A DNA stretch of 64,000 nucleotides. Source: an uncultured Verrucomicrobiae bacterium. Lineage in GTDB: Bacteria; Verrucomicrobiota; Verrucomicrobiia; Chthoniobacterales; UBA10450. Location of the stretch: positions 1,472,001 to 1,536,000 of the forward strand of contig CAVWPA010000003.1 in NCBI GenBank assembly GCA_963756875.1, in the 5' to 3' direction. Position numbers and translations under genes: made by a program. Shown piece after piece: positions 31,444 to 41,732 of this stretch (positions are counted from its first letter, which is position 1; every line of letters starts with the position of its first letter). The notes beneath the pieces were generated by a model. The model saw only the letters and a program-made list of their open reading frames with translations, was not told the origin of the DNA and did not search any database.

Positions 31444-31582
31444 CAAGAGAAATCGTAGCCAGCTATGGATTGACAATGCACGCACGAATTTTCAATCTGG
31501 GAATCACGAAAAACCCTCCTTTCGATTCCGAGAATCATTGACTTTCGCTTGGGGAACCGATCAGCATCGCGTCGTGAATAGG

Positions 31583-32137
31583 ATGTTTGCGGTCTCGTTT
31601 GCCGCCCTCGCCCTGCTCCTTCTTTGCAGCCGAGGTTCCGCGCAGGATACGTTTCCTGGAGGGATTGTTTACGGGCCGAAAGCGGCGTTCAAGGTGGACG
31701 CGCCCCAAGGGTGGGTCCTGGACAACACCGCCGGCGCCGAGCAAGGGTTGCCCTGCGTTCTTTATCCCAAGGGGTCGTCATGGGCCGATGCGGCGACGAT
31801 TATGTACGCAAAGATCGCAGGCACACAGTTCGAAGACGTCGAACAATTCGTCGCCATGGCAATCAAAGAAATGAAAAAGACCCATGGGACGCCAAAACAA
31901 AAGATCGCATCCGGAAAAACGGCTGACGGCAAGCCGTACTTCATCAACGAATATCCGGCGACGAAATCGTATTCACAGTGGGAGCGCGTCGCTTACGTAC
32001 AGCTGCCGCACGCCGTCGCCTACGTCGTTCTCTCATCGCGAGACGAGGCCAGCTACCGTAAAGATTCGGCCGCCCTGCAGCAAGTGCTCAAGACCTTCGC
32101 CTACCTTGAGCCCAAAACCGCGACCAAGCCACATTAA
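31583..32137 (+). CDS. Hypothetical secreted protein
   Basis: Signal peptide MFAVSFAALALLLLCSRGSAQ. Confidence 0.65.
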   Translation: MFAVSFAALALLLLCSRGSAQDTFPGGIVYGPKAAFKVDAPQGWVLDNTAGAEQGLPCVLYPKGSSWADAATIMYAKIAGTQFEDVEQFVAMAIKEMKKTHGTPKQKIASGKTADGKPYFINEYPATKSYSQWERVAYVQLPHAVAYVVLSSRDEASYRKDSAALQQVLKTFAYLEPKTATKPH

Positions 32138-34032
32138 CCGCGTCGCTCTTTGATCGACTGCAGGATCTCCGCGATCACGTCTCCGCGCGGTTTGGCGCCG
32201 AGATTTCCTTTGCCGTGCACGCGAACGCTGACGGCGTCGGCGTCCATGTCGCGCTTTCCGATTACGAACATGGTGTGCACCTTCATCTGCTCGGCGCGCT
32301 GGATTTTGCCGTTGATCTTGTCGGTGCTGAGATCGAGTTCGGCGCGGACTTGATGGGCGCGCAGCTCGTCGTGGATCTTGCGCGCGTAATCAAGGAGGGC
32401 CGGCTCATCGCCAATCGTAAGAATGCGCACCTGTTCGGGAGCAAGCCAGAGCGGGAAGTTGCCCGCGTAATGTTCGATCAAAAACCCGATGAAGCGCTCG
32501 TGCGTGCCCAGCGGCGCGCGATGGATGCAGAGCGGTGTCTTTTCGGTGTTGTCGCGATCCTTGTAAACCAGATTGAACCGGCGCGGCTGCGCGAAATCGA
32601 CCTGGTTGGTGGCGATGGAAAATTCACGTCCGATGGCGCTCCAGGCCTGGACGTCGATCTTCGGCCCGTAAAAAGCCGCTTCATTTGGCACTTCGACAAA
32701 ATTGATTCCGGAACGCTTTAGAACGTTGCGGGTCATTTCTTCGGTTTGTTTCCAAAGCTCCGGTTCGTCGACGAACTTCTGCCCAAGCTTGGATGGATCG
32801 TGCGTGGAGAAACGCATCAGATATTTCTCGATCCCGAAGAGCTTGAAATATTTCAGATACATCTGGTTCACGGCGTTAAATTCCTCTTCGAACTGCTCCG
32901 GCGTGCAGTAGATGTGCGCGTCGTTCATCTGCATCGAGCGCACCCGCATCAATCCGAACAACTCGCCGCTCTGCTCGTACCGGTAACAGGTCCCGTACTC
33001 CGCCAGCCGCAACGGCAGATCGCGATAACTGCGCGGAATCGCCGCAAACAACGTGTGATGGTGCGGACAGTTCATCGCCTTGAGGTAGTAACGATCGGCG
33101 CTGTGCTCGTGAGCGATGCTGGATGCCGGATGCTCGATGCTGGATGAGCGCCGAAGATCCAGTATCGAGGATCTAGCATCTTCGCTGAGCTCCATCGGCG
33201 GAAACATGGAATCGGCGTAGTAGGGGAGGTGGCCGCTTTTCAGATACATGCTTTCGCGTGCGATGTGCGGTGTGCGCACGCGTTGATACCCGGCGGCGAA
33301 CTCGGTTTCTTTGGCGAGCTTTTCCAGTTCCTCGACGATCACCGCGCCGCGCGGCAGAAACATTGGGAGACCCGGGCCGACGTCGTCGTCGAACGTGAAT
33401 AGCTCGAGTTCTTTGCCGAGCTTGCGATGGTCGCGCTTCTTCGCTTCCTCGAGCATCGCGAAGTAATCGTCGAGTTCTTTCCTCGTTTTGAACGCGGTGC
33501 CGTACACGCGCTGGAGCTGCGGATTTTTCTCGTCGCCCTTGTAATAAGCGCTGGCCACGTTGGTGAGCTTGAACGCGCCGACGTTTCCCGTGCGCATCAC
33601 GTGGGGCCCTGCGCAAAGGTCGATGAAGTCGCCGCTACGATAGAGCGAGATTTTTTCGTCGGGCGGAATGTTCTCGATGATGTCGAGCTTGTATCTGCTC
33701 GGCTCGGGCCGCTCACCCAGCGCGGCGAGCCTGCCTTTCTTGCCGAGCTCCAGCGCTTCATCTCTCGAAACTTCCATCCGCTCGAACGGACGGTTCGCTT
33801 TGATCTCCTTTTTCATCTCCGCCTCGATTTTTTCGAAGTCATCGGGAGAAATCCGGTGGGGAAGATCGACATCGTAATAAAAGCCGTTTTCGACCGGCGG
33901 CCCTGCGGCAAACTGCGCTTCCGGCCAGATTTTCAAAATGGCCGTCGCCAGTACGTGCGACGCCGAATGCCGAAGACGTTCGATGTCCGTCATCTGCGCG
34001 CGTTCTTCTAAAGTCTTTCGTTCTTCACTCAT
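32134..34032 (-). CDS. thrS: Threonine--tRNA ligase
   Basis: RHSASHVLA, DLCAGPH, RDHRKLG, MNCPHH and FYGPKID motifs. Confidence 0.97.
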   Translation of the reverse strand: MSEERKTLEERAQMTDIERLRHSASHVLATAILKIWPEAQFAAGPPVENGFYYDVDLPHRISPDDFEKIEAEMKKEIKANRPFERMEVSRDEALELGKKGRLAALGERPEPSRYKLDIIENIPPDEKISLYRSGDFIDLCAGPHVMRTGNVGAFKLTNVASAYYKGDEKNPQLQRVYGTAFKTRKELDDYFAMLEEAKKRDHRKLGKELELFTFDDDVGPGLPMFLPRGAVIVEELEKLAKETEFAAGYQRVRTPHIARESMYLKSGHLPYYADSMFPPMELSEDARSSILDLRRSSSIEHPASSIAHEHSADRYYLKAMNCPHHHTLFAAIPRSYRDLPLRLAEYGTCYRYEQSGELFGLMRVRSMQMNDAHIYCTPEQFEEEFNAVNQMYLKYFKLFGIEKYLMRFSTHDPSKLGQKFVDEPELWKQTEEMTRNVLKRSGINFVEVPNEAAFYGPKIDVQAWSAIGREFSIATNQVDFAQPRRFNLVYKDRDNTEKTPLCIHRAPLGTHERFIGFLIEHYAGNFPLWLAPEQVRILTIGDEPALLDYARKIHDELRAHQVRAELDLSTDKINGKIQRAEQMKVHTMFVIGKRDMDADAVSVRVHGKGNLGAKPRGDVIAEILQSIKERRG

Positions 34033-34111
34033 GAAAGCCGGGTGAAATTAACCACGAAGAGCGCGAAGAACAGCAGGAAATTTGCAGCAGCTCCGCGTGC
34101 TCGAGAGAACA

Positions 34112-34216
34112 GCTGGGGAGCGCAGGCTGCCAGCCTGTGGTTTTCGGCAGCTTGCCGAAAACAGTTTCGTCGGCAAGCTGCTGACGAATGCAGGCCAGCG
34201 GCCTGCGCTGCCCGGA
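34112..34216. repeat. REPIN-like composite inverted repeat between thrS and pcm
   Basis: AGCGCAGGC...GCCTGCGCT ends with an inner TTTTCGGCAGCTTGCCGAAAA hairpin. Confidence 0.7.
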
Positions 34217-34272
34217 GCCGGACCGCGCCGCCCGCCAACTTTCTGGGGCGAGCGTTTGTGTTACTATCGATC

Positions 34273-34986
34273 ATGCGATTGCTATTGATCGCAACTGCGA
34301 CGGCGTTGATCGGAACAAGTTGCAGCCGAACCCGGAACTCAGCCTCTGATTTTGCGCCGCAACGGCAACGCATGGTGGCGCAGCAACTCACGTCGCGCGG
34401 TATCCATGACGCGCGCGTTCTGGCTGCGATGCGCAAAGTGCCGCGTGAGGAGTTTGTGCCGGCCAATTTTCGCAGGGAGAGTTATGAGGACGAACCTTTG
34501 CCGATCGGGTACGGCCAAACCATCTCGCAGCCGTACATCGTGGCGCTTATGACCGAGCAACTGCATCTCCAGCCAACAGACCGCGTTCTCGAGATCGGAA
34601 CCGGATCGGGTTACCAGGCGGCCGTTCTGGCGGAGCTGGTGGCGGAAGTTTACACCATCGACATCATTCAGGCGCTTGCCAAAAGCGCCGAGACGACGCT
34701 GCGACACCTCGGTTACAACAACGTGCACGTGAAAGCGGGCGACGGTTACAAAGGCTGGCCGGAACGCGCCCCATTCGACGCCGTCATCGTCACATGCGCG
34801 CCGGATCACGTGCCACAGCCACTTGTCGATCAACTGAAGGATGGCGGCCGGATGATTATCCCAGTGGGCGGCCGGCTCGCTCAGGAATTATATCTCTTGG
34901 AAAAACGCAACGGCGCAATCCGGCAGGAAGCGGTGTTACCGGTTCGATTTGTCCCGATGACTGGGCAAGGCCCGGACGACAAATAA
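34273..34986 (+). CDS. pcm: Protein-L-isoaspartate O-methyltransferase
   Basis: GQTISQPY, LEIGTGSGYQAA and PVRFVPM motifs. Confidence 0.93.
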   Translation: MRLLLIATATALIGTSCSRTRNSASDFAPQRQRMVAQQLTSRGIHDARVLAAMRKVPREEFVPANFRRESYEDEPLPIGYGQTISQPYIVALMTEQLHLQPTDRVLEIGTGSGYQAAVLAELVAEVYTIDIIQALAKSAETTLRHLGYNNVHVKAGDGYKGWPERAPFDAVIVTCAPDHVPQPLVDQLKDGGRMIIPVGGRLAQELYLLEKRNGAIRQEAVLPVRFVPMTGQGPDDK

Positions 34987-35068
34987 TTTATCGTCACGTT
35001 GCAGGCCGTCTCTGTCTGCCACGCCGTAGTCCGGCAGCTGCCGGACGGAGGCGGGTGAGACGGCTCCG

Positions 35069-35638
35069 CTACTTTATCTCGGCCAGCTTTTTGAGATCGA
35101 TTCGCTTGACCCATTCCTGCAATTCCTTGGGGTCCTGGTTCCGCAACTCGATCTCGACGAAATAACGCTTCCCCACCATCACCCAGAGAGAGGCGTGCTT
35201 TTGTTCCACTTCATACGCTTCAAAACCGGGGTTTCCATCGACCGTCGCGGGTTTGCTGTAACCTTCCATACTTTCGCTTTTTTGGGTCCACGTCCCGGTC
35301 GTTGCAGTCACGTAATCGGGATTAGCCGCTGAATCGATGATGGTGATTCCGGCGGACGGCGCGTCGTTTCCTTCGCCTTTGCGATAATCGCGATGGACGT
35401 CTGTAATTTTGAATCCTCCCACGTCTTCAGTCGATCCATCCGCGGCTTCTGCCGTCCAACCAGACGGGCCTTCCGGCAGGATCGGGATCAATTTCTTATA
35501 ATCGACGACGCCCGGAACCAGAATGGGCTCGTCCTGAGCGCGCAGTTGAAAAGCGGCAAAGCAGCCGGACAAAATAAGCCCGGCAAACAGAAGCGATGCG
35601 ATCAGCCGGCCTGAACGGGGAGAAATGCGGGTTTTCAT
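35069..35638 (-). CDS. Hypothetical secreted protein
   Basis: Signal peptide followed by a soluble domain (VDYKKLIPILP). Confidence 0.65.
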   Translation of the reverse strand: MKTRISPRSGRLIASLLFAGLILSGCFAAFQLRAQDEPILVPGVVDYKKLIPILPEGPSGWTAEAADGSTEDVGGFKITDVHRDYRKGEGNDAPSAGITIIDSAANPDYVTATTGTWTQKSESMEGYSKPATVDGNPGFEAYEVEQKHASLWVMVGKRYFVEIELRNQDPKELQEWVKRIDLKKLAEIK

Positions 35639-35790
35639 GAGCGCGCGTTTCGCGGGGGCGAAACCTGCCTGTACTCGATTCACTTTATGTCGGCGGTTTG
35701 TCAAGACGCGATAATCTTCGCTGGCCGCCTGGCCCAGGATGTCCTGGCTGAGCTAGTTTTGCCGGATTAGATTATGAAACCGCGATTCGA

Positions 35791-36291
35791 ATGAAGACCG
35801 AGCTAAAGAATTTTACGATTCGTCCGGCAACGGCCGCAGACGTGCCGATCATTCTCGAGTTGATTCGCGCGCTGGCCACTTACGAGCGCGCGCCCGATGC
35901 GGTAACCGCAACCGAAGAACATCTGACTGATGTCCTGTTCGGCAAAAAACCGGCGGCGGAAGTCCTGCTCGCCTTTGAAAGCGATGTTCCTGTGGGGTTC
36001 GCAGTTTTCTTTTTCAATTTTTCGACGTGGCTGGGCCGCCCTGGACTTTATCTTGAAGACCTGTTCGTCCGGCCGGAAAAGCGGGGCCACGGGTACGGCC
36101 GCGCGCTGCTCGTTTATCTGGCGAAAATCGCCTGCGATCGCGGCTGCGGCCGGATGGAATGGGCGGTGCTCGATTGGAACGAGCCGGCCATCGAGTTTTA
36201 CAGGAAGCTTGGCGCCCGCCCGCTCGACGATTGGAAAATCTTTCGCCTGACTCGCGAAGGCATCGGCGCGTTGGCCGAAGATTCCGGCTAA
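35791..36291 (+). CDS. GNAT acetyltransferase (diamine/SSAT-like)
   Basis: FSTWLGRPGLYLEDLFV and VLDWNEPAIEFY motifs. Confidence 0.9.
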   Translation: MKTELKNFTIRPATAADVPIILELIRALATYERAPDAVTATEEHLTDVLFGKKPAAEVLLAFESDVPVGFAVFFFNFSTWLGRPGLYLEDLFVRPEKRGHGYGRALLVYLAKIACDRGCGRMEWAVLDWNEPAIEFYRKLGARPLDDWKIFRLTREGIGALAEDSG

Positions 36292-36304
36292 CGATCTGCT
36301 CGGT

Positions 36305-37252
36305 TTAAGCGCTGCGCACCAGACGGAAGATTAAGTCTTCGCTCGTGACAATGCCGATCAGCTTTTTCTTTTGATCGGTTACCGCGGCCAGCCTGAGTCG
36401 AGCCGCACGCAGTCGCTGGATAATTCGATAGGCCGGCTCGTTTTCCTGAGCAGTCACGATGCGTCGCATATAAGGGCCGAGCGATTGCGCTCCATTCTTG
36501 TCCAACAGGATGTCGAGTGCATTGACGAGTCCGACCGCTTCGCCCCGGGATGTAATCACGGGCAAACGATCGAACCCGGTTGCTCGACTCAGGTTGAGAA
36601 CCTCGCTTATCGGCGCGTCCGGCGTGACGGATCTTACTGTCGAAAGCGGCATCATCACATCGCGCGCGGTCACGCTGCGAAAATCGACCACGTTATGGAT
36701 CATTGCGCGCTCGGTTGCGGTGAGGGAGCCTTCACGCTCGCTTTGGGTGGCGATTTGTTTCAACTCTTCCCGCGCAGCGAAAAGCCGGCCGGGGCGCGCC
36801 CGCCGCGGCAGAATAAAATGTTCGAAATAGTGTCCGAACTGCAAAACAGGCCACAGCAGAATCGACGTCAGTTGCAGCAGTCCCGCTAGCGCTGCGAGGG
36901 CCCGAAACGGAAACCGACGGAAAAGTGACTTTGCCAGGACCGACAGAACGAAAAGATAAATGGGCAGTGCAACAAGGAACGTCACGAAAAATCCTGGCGG
37001 GCCGAACATCCAAACCAGTCGCCGCGTAAACAGAAGGAGCCCGAGAATGTCCGCAAAATTCGTCACCAATAACACGGTGACCAGGAGCCGCTCGGGTCTT
37101 TTTAGTAATCGATTGAGCCGGACCGCCGCCGGCACTTTTTGTTTTACGTGATAGCGCAAGCGGACGGGATCGATCGACATCAGGCCGGCTTCGATCCCAT
37201 TGAACAGGAACGAGACGCCCCAGCAGCAGAAAATGATCACCATGTCTCTCAT
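36305..37252 (-). CDS. CNNM (DUF21) + CBS domain protein
   Basis: FNGIEAG, LLVTVLLVTN and a CBS pair. Confidence 0.85.
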   Translation of the reverse strand: MRDMVIIFCCWGVSFLFNGIEAGLMSIDPVRLRYHVKQKVPAAVRLNRLLKRPERLLVTVLLVTNFADILGLLLFTRRLVWMFGPPGFFVTFLVALPIYLFVLSVLAKSLFRRFPFRALAALAGLLQLTSILLWPVLQFGHYFEHFILPRRARPGRLFAAREELKQIATQSEREGSLTATERAMIHNVVDFRSVTARDVMMPLSTVRSVTPDAPISEVLNLSRATGFDRLPVITSRGEAVGLVNALDILLDKNGAQSLGPYMRRIVTAQENEPAYRIIQRLRAARLRLAAVTDQKKKLIGIVTSEDLIFRLVRSA

Positions 37253-38541
37253 GACTGGTTGATGTCGGTCTCCTTTGTTTGATCGGCTGTGTTCTGGCAC
37301 GTCGTCTTTTCCAGCAGCAATTCTTCGATCCTTTTCCTGCCTGCGCGTCGCACCGTAATGATCAGACGCGGCAGCTCCATGCGCGTGCCCGGTGGCGGCA
37401 AATAGCCAAGCCGGTTGAAAACAAAGCCGCCGATGGTGTCGATCCCGTCCTCTTCCAATTCGAAGCCGAGATGCTCGCTCAGATCGTCGAGCCGCGCATC
37501 GCCGCTGACCAGAAACTTTCCGTCCTCAAGCGGCTCAATCTCCAGATCGGCACCGCCGCGCGGCGCCGCCTCGCTTAAGATCTCCTCGACAATGTCCGAC
37601 ATGGTGATGATGCCCTCTGTGCCGCCAAATTCATCGACCACGATGGCCAGCCCCTGGGTGTGGGTCAGAAAAAGTTTGAGTAAATCCAGGGCGCGCATTG
37701 TTTCGGGCACGAACGACGGCGCCAGCAATGTCTCCGTGTAGTGTTCGCTTGGATCGAACAGGAATTTTTTTACATCGATAATGCCGACAATGTTGTCCGG
37801 CGTGTCCGCGTAGACCGGAACGCGGCGATAGCGTTTTTCTTTCAATTGCGCGATCGCCGTCTCGTTAGTCAGATCGTCGGGTAACGCAAACGTATCCACT
37901 CGCGGAGTCACGCAATCCTTTGCCGTTTTGTCGCCCAGCTTGATGATTTCCTGAATCATCTCGCCCTCGGTCTCCTGCAGCGTGCCTTCTTCCTCGCCGA
38001 TCTCGACCAGGGTTTCGAGCTCCTCGTCGCTCAGACGCGAGCGGGTGCGCAGTTTTGATGGCGTAATCAGATCGACTACGAGCGTGCTTGCCCTTTCCAG
38101 GAACCGCCCGACACGATCCAGCAGCGGCATCGAAGCTTGCAATGTGAGCGCGCCAATGGTCGAGAGCCGGTACGGCGCGGATAATGCCAGCAACTTCGGA
38201 ATGAGATCGCAGAGCACAACCATGATCGCGAAAATGGCGACTGCGGCCAGCCACTGCGGAACGCGCCCGGCCAGTGGCCCTTCCCACACCAAAAAGAGGC
38301 AGAGCAGCACGAGCGGCACCTTTACCAATGCGTCCCCCAAAAGGAGCACGTTAAGAACCCGGCGCGGTTTATCGCGAAAAACCTGGATGAACTTGGTCAG
38401 CCCGGGGCGATTTTCGGCCAGTCGCCGCAATTGGTGCGGCCGAAGAGAAAAAAGTGCTGTCTCCAGTCCGGAAAAAAGCGCCGACCAGAAAATCAAAATT
38501 GCAATCGCCGCAAGAAGAACTGCGAATCCAGCGAGCGTCAT
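37249..38541 (-). CDS. Hemolysin-family CNNM-CBS-CorC protein
   Basis: FSGLETALFSL, VVDEFGGTEG and DTIGGFV motifs. Confidence 0.9.
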   Translation of the reverse strand: MTLAGFAVLLAAIAILIFWSALFSGLETALFSLRPHQLRRLAENRPGLTKFIQVFRDKPRRVLNVLLLGDALVKVPLVLLCLFLVWEGPLAGRVPQWLAAVAIFAIMVVLCDLIPKLLALSAPYRLSTIGALTLQASMPLLDRVGRFLERASTLVVDLITPSKLRTRSRLSDEELETLVEIGEEEGTLQETEGEMIQEIIKLGDKTAKDCVTPRVDTFALPDDLTNETAIAQLKEKRYRRVPVYADTPDNIVGIIDVKKFLFDPSEHYTETLLAPSFVPETMRALDLLKLFLTHTQGLAIVVDEFGGTEGIITMSDIVEEILSEAAPRGGADLEIEPLEDGKFLVSGDARLDDLSEHLGFELEEDGIDTIGGFVFNRLGYLPPPGTRMELPRLIITVRRAGRKRIEELLLEKTTCQNTADQTKETDINQS

Positions 38542-38642
38542 TGTTGTAGCCGCTGTTGCTGACTGCGGCTGCGCCTGCCCTCCGGAAAAGTGAAGCGTGC
38601 GAGTTTGCTCATCATTCGAGCCACGATGAAGTTAAGCCCTTC

Positions 38643-39113
38643 ATGAGCAAAGGCGAGAGGATTTCGCGACTGGTGCGCGAACTGGGAGGTGAGGGGACCA
38701 ATTTGCAGGGCGGCCCGGTTGCGAACCATCCCTATTACCGCGCCTATTTTCAATGCTGGAACGAGCAGCTTTACTACGAGGCGCATGATGTTCTCGAGCA
38801 GATCTGGCTAAACAAGGATTCAGATGACGACAATTTCTTCAAAGGCCTGATCCAGGCAGCCGGCGCGTTCGTTCATTTGAAAAAGAATTTCGAGCACCCG
38901 TCCCATGCCAAACATGGCCGCCGTTTGCAGCCCGCGGTGCGTTTGTTTCGGCTCGCAGAGAAAAACCTGTCGCGCTTCGGTCCGCAACATCACGGCATGG
39001 ACGTTGCCGCATTCTGCCAATTGTTGCGTTCCTACGCGGCCCGCATCGTCGCCTCCGATTATAAAACTAATCCCTGGTCGCCGAAAACCGCGCCAAAACT
39101 GAAGTTAGGGTAG
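38643..39113 (+). CDS. DUF309 domain protein
   Basis: YYEAHDVLEQIW and KGLIQAAGAFVH motifs. Confidence 0.85.
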   Translation: MSKGERISRLVRELGGEGTNLQGGPVANHPYYRAYFQCWNEQLYYEAHDVLEQIWLNKDSDDDNFFKGLIQAAGAFVHLKKNFEHPSHAKHGRRLQPAVRLFRLAEKNLSRFGPQHHGMDVAAFCQLLRSYAARIVASDYKTNPWSPKTAPKLKLG

Positions 39114-39159
39114 GGACGGCGCGCTGCGCCGTCCGGACCCCGCAGCGCCGCGTCCCTAC
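39110..39159. repeat. GTAG-type REP doublet overlapping both convergent stop codons
   Basis: GTAGGGACG...CGTCCCTAC. Confidence 0.8.
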
Positions 39160-39893
39160 ATTGTAAAAATCAATTTGAAGCCGGCGATGAAAAGCACCGT
39201 TGCCAGCAGGAGCGAGATGGCACGGACTGGAAAACGCCGGCTGCCCAGATGAGAACCAAGCGTGCCGCCAATGATCGCGGCTGCCGCAAGGAGAAAGCCG
39301 AGCGACGGAATGGAATGCCTCGCCGTGACAAAGCCGCCAAGGCCCGCGGCTGAGTTCACCAGGATAAACAGAGCAGAAACCGCTGCGGCCTGGCGAATGT
39401 GCGCCCAGCGGCAGAACAGCAGAAGCGGTGTGAGAAAAATTCCGCCGCCGGTCCCGGTTAGGCCGGAGAGAAATCCGAGGCCTGCTCCAACACCGATCGC
39501 AGTCGGTCGCGACGGAGTAGTTACTTGCGGCGGGTCACTCCGGCGAAAGGTCAGGCGCACGGCGGAGAAAAGCAGCACAAGCCCGATCAAAATTCGCAGG
39601 GCCGAGGCGGACGGTTGCAGATAGCCTCCGAAATACGCGGCAGGAATCGAAAGGAGTGCAAACGGCCAAAACAATTTCCATGAAAAATGTCCGGCCCGCC
39701 AAAATTGGAACGTGCCAATGATGGCGACGAGAATGTTGAGGACCAGCGCGGTCGGGCGAATGATCGCTGGCGCGAGCCCGAACAGCGTCATCGTTGCGAT
39801 GTATCCCGATGCGCCTGCATGACCGACCGACGAATAAAGAAAGGCGATGACGCCGATTGCCAGAAAGAGCAAAACGAAAAGCGCGTGGTCCAT
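39156..39893 (-). CDS. Sulfite exporter TauE/SafE family
   Basis: YSSVGHAGASGY and SGLTGTGGGIFL motifs. Confidence 0.9.
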   Translation of the reverse strand: MDHALFVLLFLAIGVIAFLYSSVGHAGASGYIATMTLFGLAPAIIRPTALVLNILVAIIGTFQFWRAGHFSWKLFWPFALLSIPAAYFGGYLQPSASALRILIGLVLLFSAVRLTFRRSDPPQVTTPSRPTAIGVGAGLGFLSGLTGTGGGIFLTPLLLFCRWAHIRQAAAVSALFILVNSAAGLGGFVTARHSIPSLGFLLAAAAIIGGTLGSHLGSRRFPVRAISLLLATVLFIAGFKLIFTM

Positions 39894-39908
39894 TCCTGAT
39901 TGAAGTGA

Positions 39909-39971
39909 AACCACGAATGAACACGAATGGACACGAATCAGGAAGGCTGGAATTCGTGTTCATTCGTGGTT
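39909..39971. repeat. Inverted repeat built from 10-mer ACACGAATGR units
   Basis: AACCACGAATGAACACGAAT ... ATTCGTGTTCATTCGTGGTT. Confidence 0.75.
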
Positions 39972-40003
39972 GGAGAGTCTTCTCAAAAGCGACCAGAGAA
40001 TCC

Positions 40004-41611
40004 TCACCTTAATCGTCCCCGGACGTGGCGGGAGAAGCGGACTTGTGTGTGGAAATTTCCCGGTGTTGCCATGGCGCCGCCTGAGACTTGCTCGACGCGA
40101 TAGAATTGCACCGGCTGGCTGAAGGCATTGCTCACGGTAACCTGCGCAATGCCGCCATTTCCCGGAGCAGGGCTACCCAGCGAATTCCAGCCGTCGAGCA
40201 GTAGACCGGATTGGCTCTGCAATTGATAGTTTCTGTCCACGACGCTGTCGAAGCTGATGCGAAGATCGGTGCCGAGTTTCTCAACGTTTGTAATGCGCAA
40301 CCGGCTTGCTTCGTAAGCGCCGATGTCGCTGCCATCGCCCCCGGCGGCATTTGCAACATTCGGATCGTCAAATGGCCGCGGCTCTTTCCGCTGGTCGCTG
40401 TTTATTGCCAGCGTCGCGATGGTGTCACGTTTGCCTTTGTCTATCGCGGGACTGCTGGCTTGCAGAGCGATCGTATCGGTTAGGCCGCCGTTATCGCGAA
40501 GTCCGGCGGGATCCAATAATGGGTCGGTGTTAATCTGGTCGCCAGTGCCGGTCAGGAACCCGCCGCCGTCATCACTGCTAAGATTATAGCCGGCTGACGT
40601 GATCGTTCCGGAAGTTGTCGTAATTAGGGTGTGCTCCTGCGCGCCGGCTTGAAGAATATTGTTGCCTAGCGTTGCGGTGGCTCCGTTGCTGTTGTAGACG
40701 GCGCCTCCCGCGTAGTTGGCAGGTTCGTTGTTGCTGACGACCGTGCTGTTGCCGACCTTCGCGGAAGCGGTGCTGGTCTGGCGCGAATTATTGATCTGGC
40801 TGCCTGTAGCGCTGGAGCCCGAAACGATGTTATCGCTGAGCGTGCAATTGTTCACGGTCAACGACGCCGAGGATCCGATATCGGCATTGGCTACGCCACC
40901 GCCGTGTGTTGCTGCGTTTGCATGGAACAGGCAACCGGTTGCGGTCACCGTTCCACTGGCGTTATAAACCCCGCCACCGGCAAGAGCGCTGTTATTGTCG
41001 ATTGTGCTGTCGCGAAGAGTCAGAGTGGACGCGAAACTGTTGTAGATCCCGCCGCCGTTGCCGCCCGCCGTGTTGGTGTCGATTGCGCAACCGGTCACGG
41101 TGAGATGCGACACATTATTATAGATGCCACCGCCCGCGGCTGTGCTCCCGCCCGTTGCGTTATTGTTGCTCAGGACACAATCCGCCAAGGTCACTGTGGC
41201 GTGATCGACGTAGATCCCTGCGCCTACGCCTCCGGCGCTCGCCAGGCCGCCGGTGATCGTCAGGTTCGAAATCGTGGCGGTGTTGGATGTTCCAATCTTG
41301 AACACGCGGCTGCTATTGTTCCCGCTTACCGTCAGATTGGCCGCGCCCGGTCCCGCGATGGTCACGTTGTTCGCGACGAACAGCTCGCCGCTGCTCAAGA
41401 GGATCGTTGCCGGATAGCTTAGGGCGAAGTCGATCACGTCATTATTGCCCGCGCTCACCAGCGCCGCGCGCAACGTGCCTAGTCCGTCGTCGGCGGTACT
41501 GGTGACCGTAATCGTTGCGGCCTGCACTGCCGATGTCATCGCCTGGAACAACAGCACAATCCCGACGGTGACGACCGACATGGCCGACCGTCTTATACCC
41601 ACGCCACGCAA
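40004..41611 (-). CDS. Secreted beta-helix protein (polymorphic-membrane-type GGxIxN repeats, choice-of-anchor-Q-like C-terminus)
   Basis: ATITVTSTADDGLGTLRAAL, GGGIYN repeats, DNGGLTDTIALQASSPAIDKG and DIGAYE. Confidence 0.8.
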   Translation of the reverse strand: MRGVGIRRSAMSVVTVGIVLLFQAMTSAVQAATITVTSTADDGLGTLRAALVSAGNNDVIDFALSYPATILLSSGELFVANNVTIAGPGAANLTVSGNNSSRVFKIGTSNTATISNLTITGGLASAGGVGAGIYVDHATVTLADCVLSNNNATGGSTAAGGGIYNNVSHLTVTGCAIDTNTAGGNGGGIYNSFASTLTLRDSTIDNNSALAGGGVYNASGTVTATGCLFHANAATHGGGVANADIGSSASLTVNNCTLSDNIVSGSSATGSQINNSRQTSTASAKVGNSTVVSNNEPANYAGGAVYNSNGATATLGNNILQAGAQEHTLITTTSGTITSAGYNLSSDDGGGFLTGTGDQINTDPLLDPAGLRDNGGLTDTIALQASSPAIDKGKRDTIATLAINSDQRKEPRPFDDPNVANAAGGDGSDIGAYEASRLRITNVEKLGTDLRISFDSVVDRNYQLQSQSGLLLDGWNSLGSPAPGNGGIAQVTVSNAFSQPVQFYRVEQVSGGAMATPGNFHTQVRFSRHVRGRLR

Positions 41612-41732
41612 AGTAGGAATAATTGTATTTTTTTTAAAGCAGTTCTGTCAAGGGGGGCGTTCGACGGCTCGACAGAGTCTCGCCCCACCAGCAGGCGCGT
41701 TGCTACAGCATCTACCCTCGGTAATATGACGC

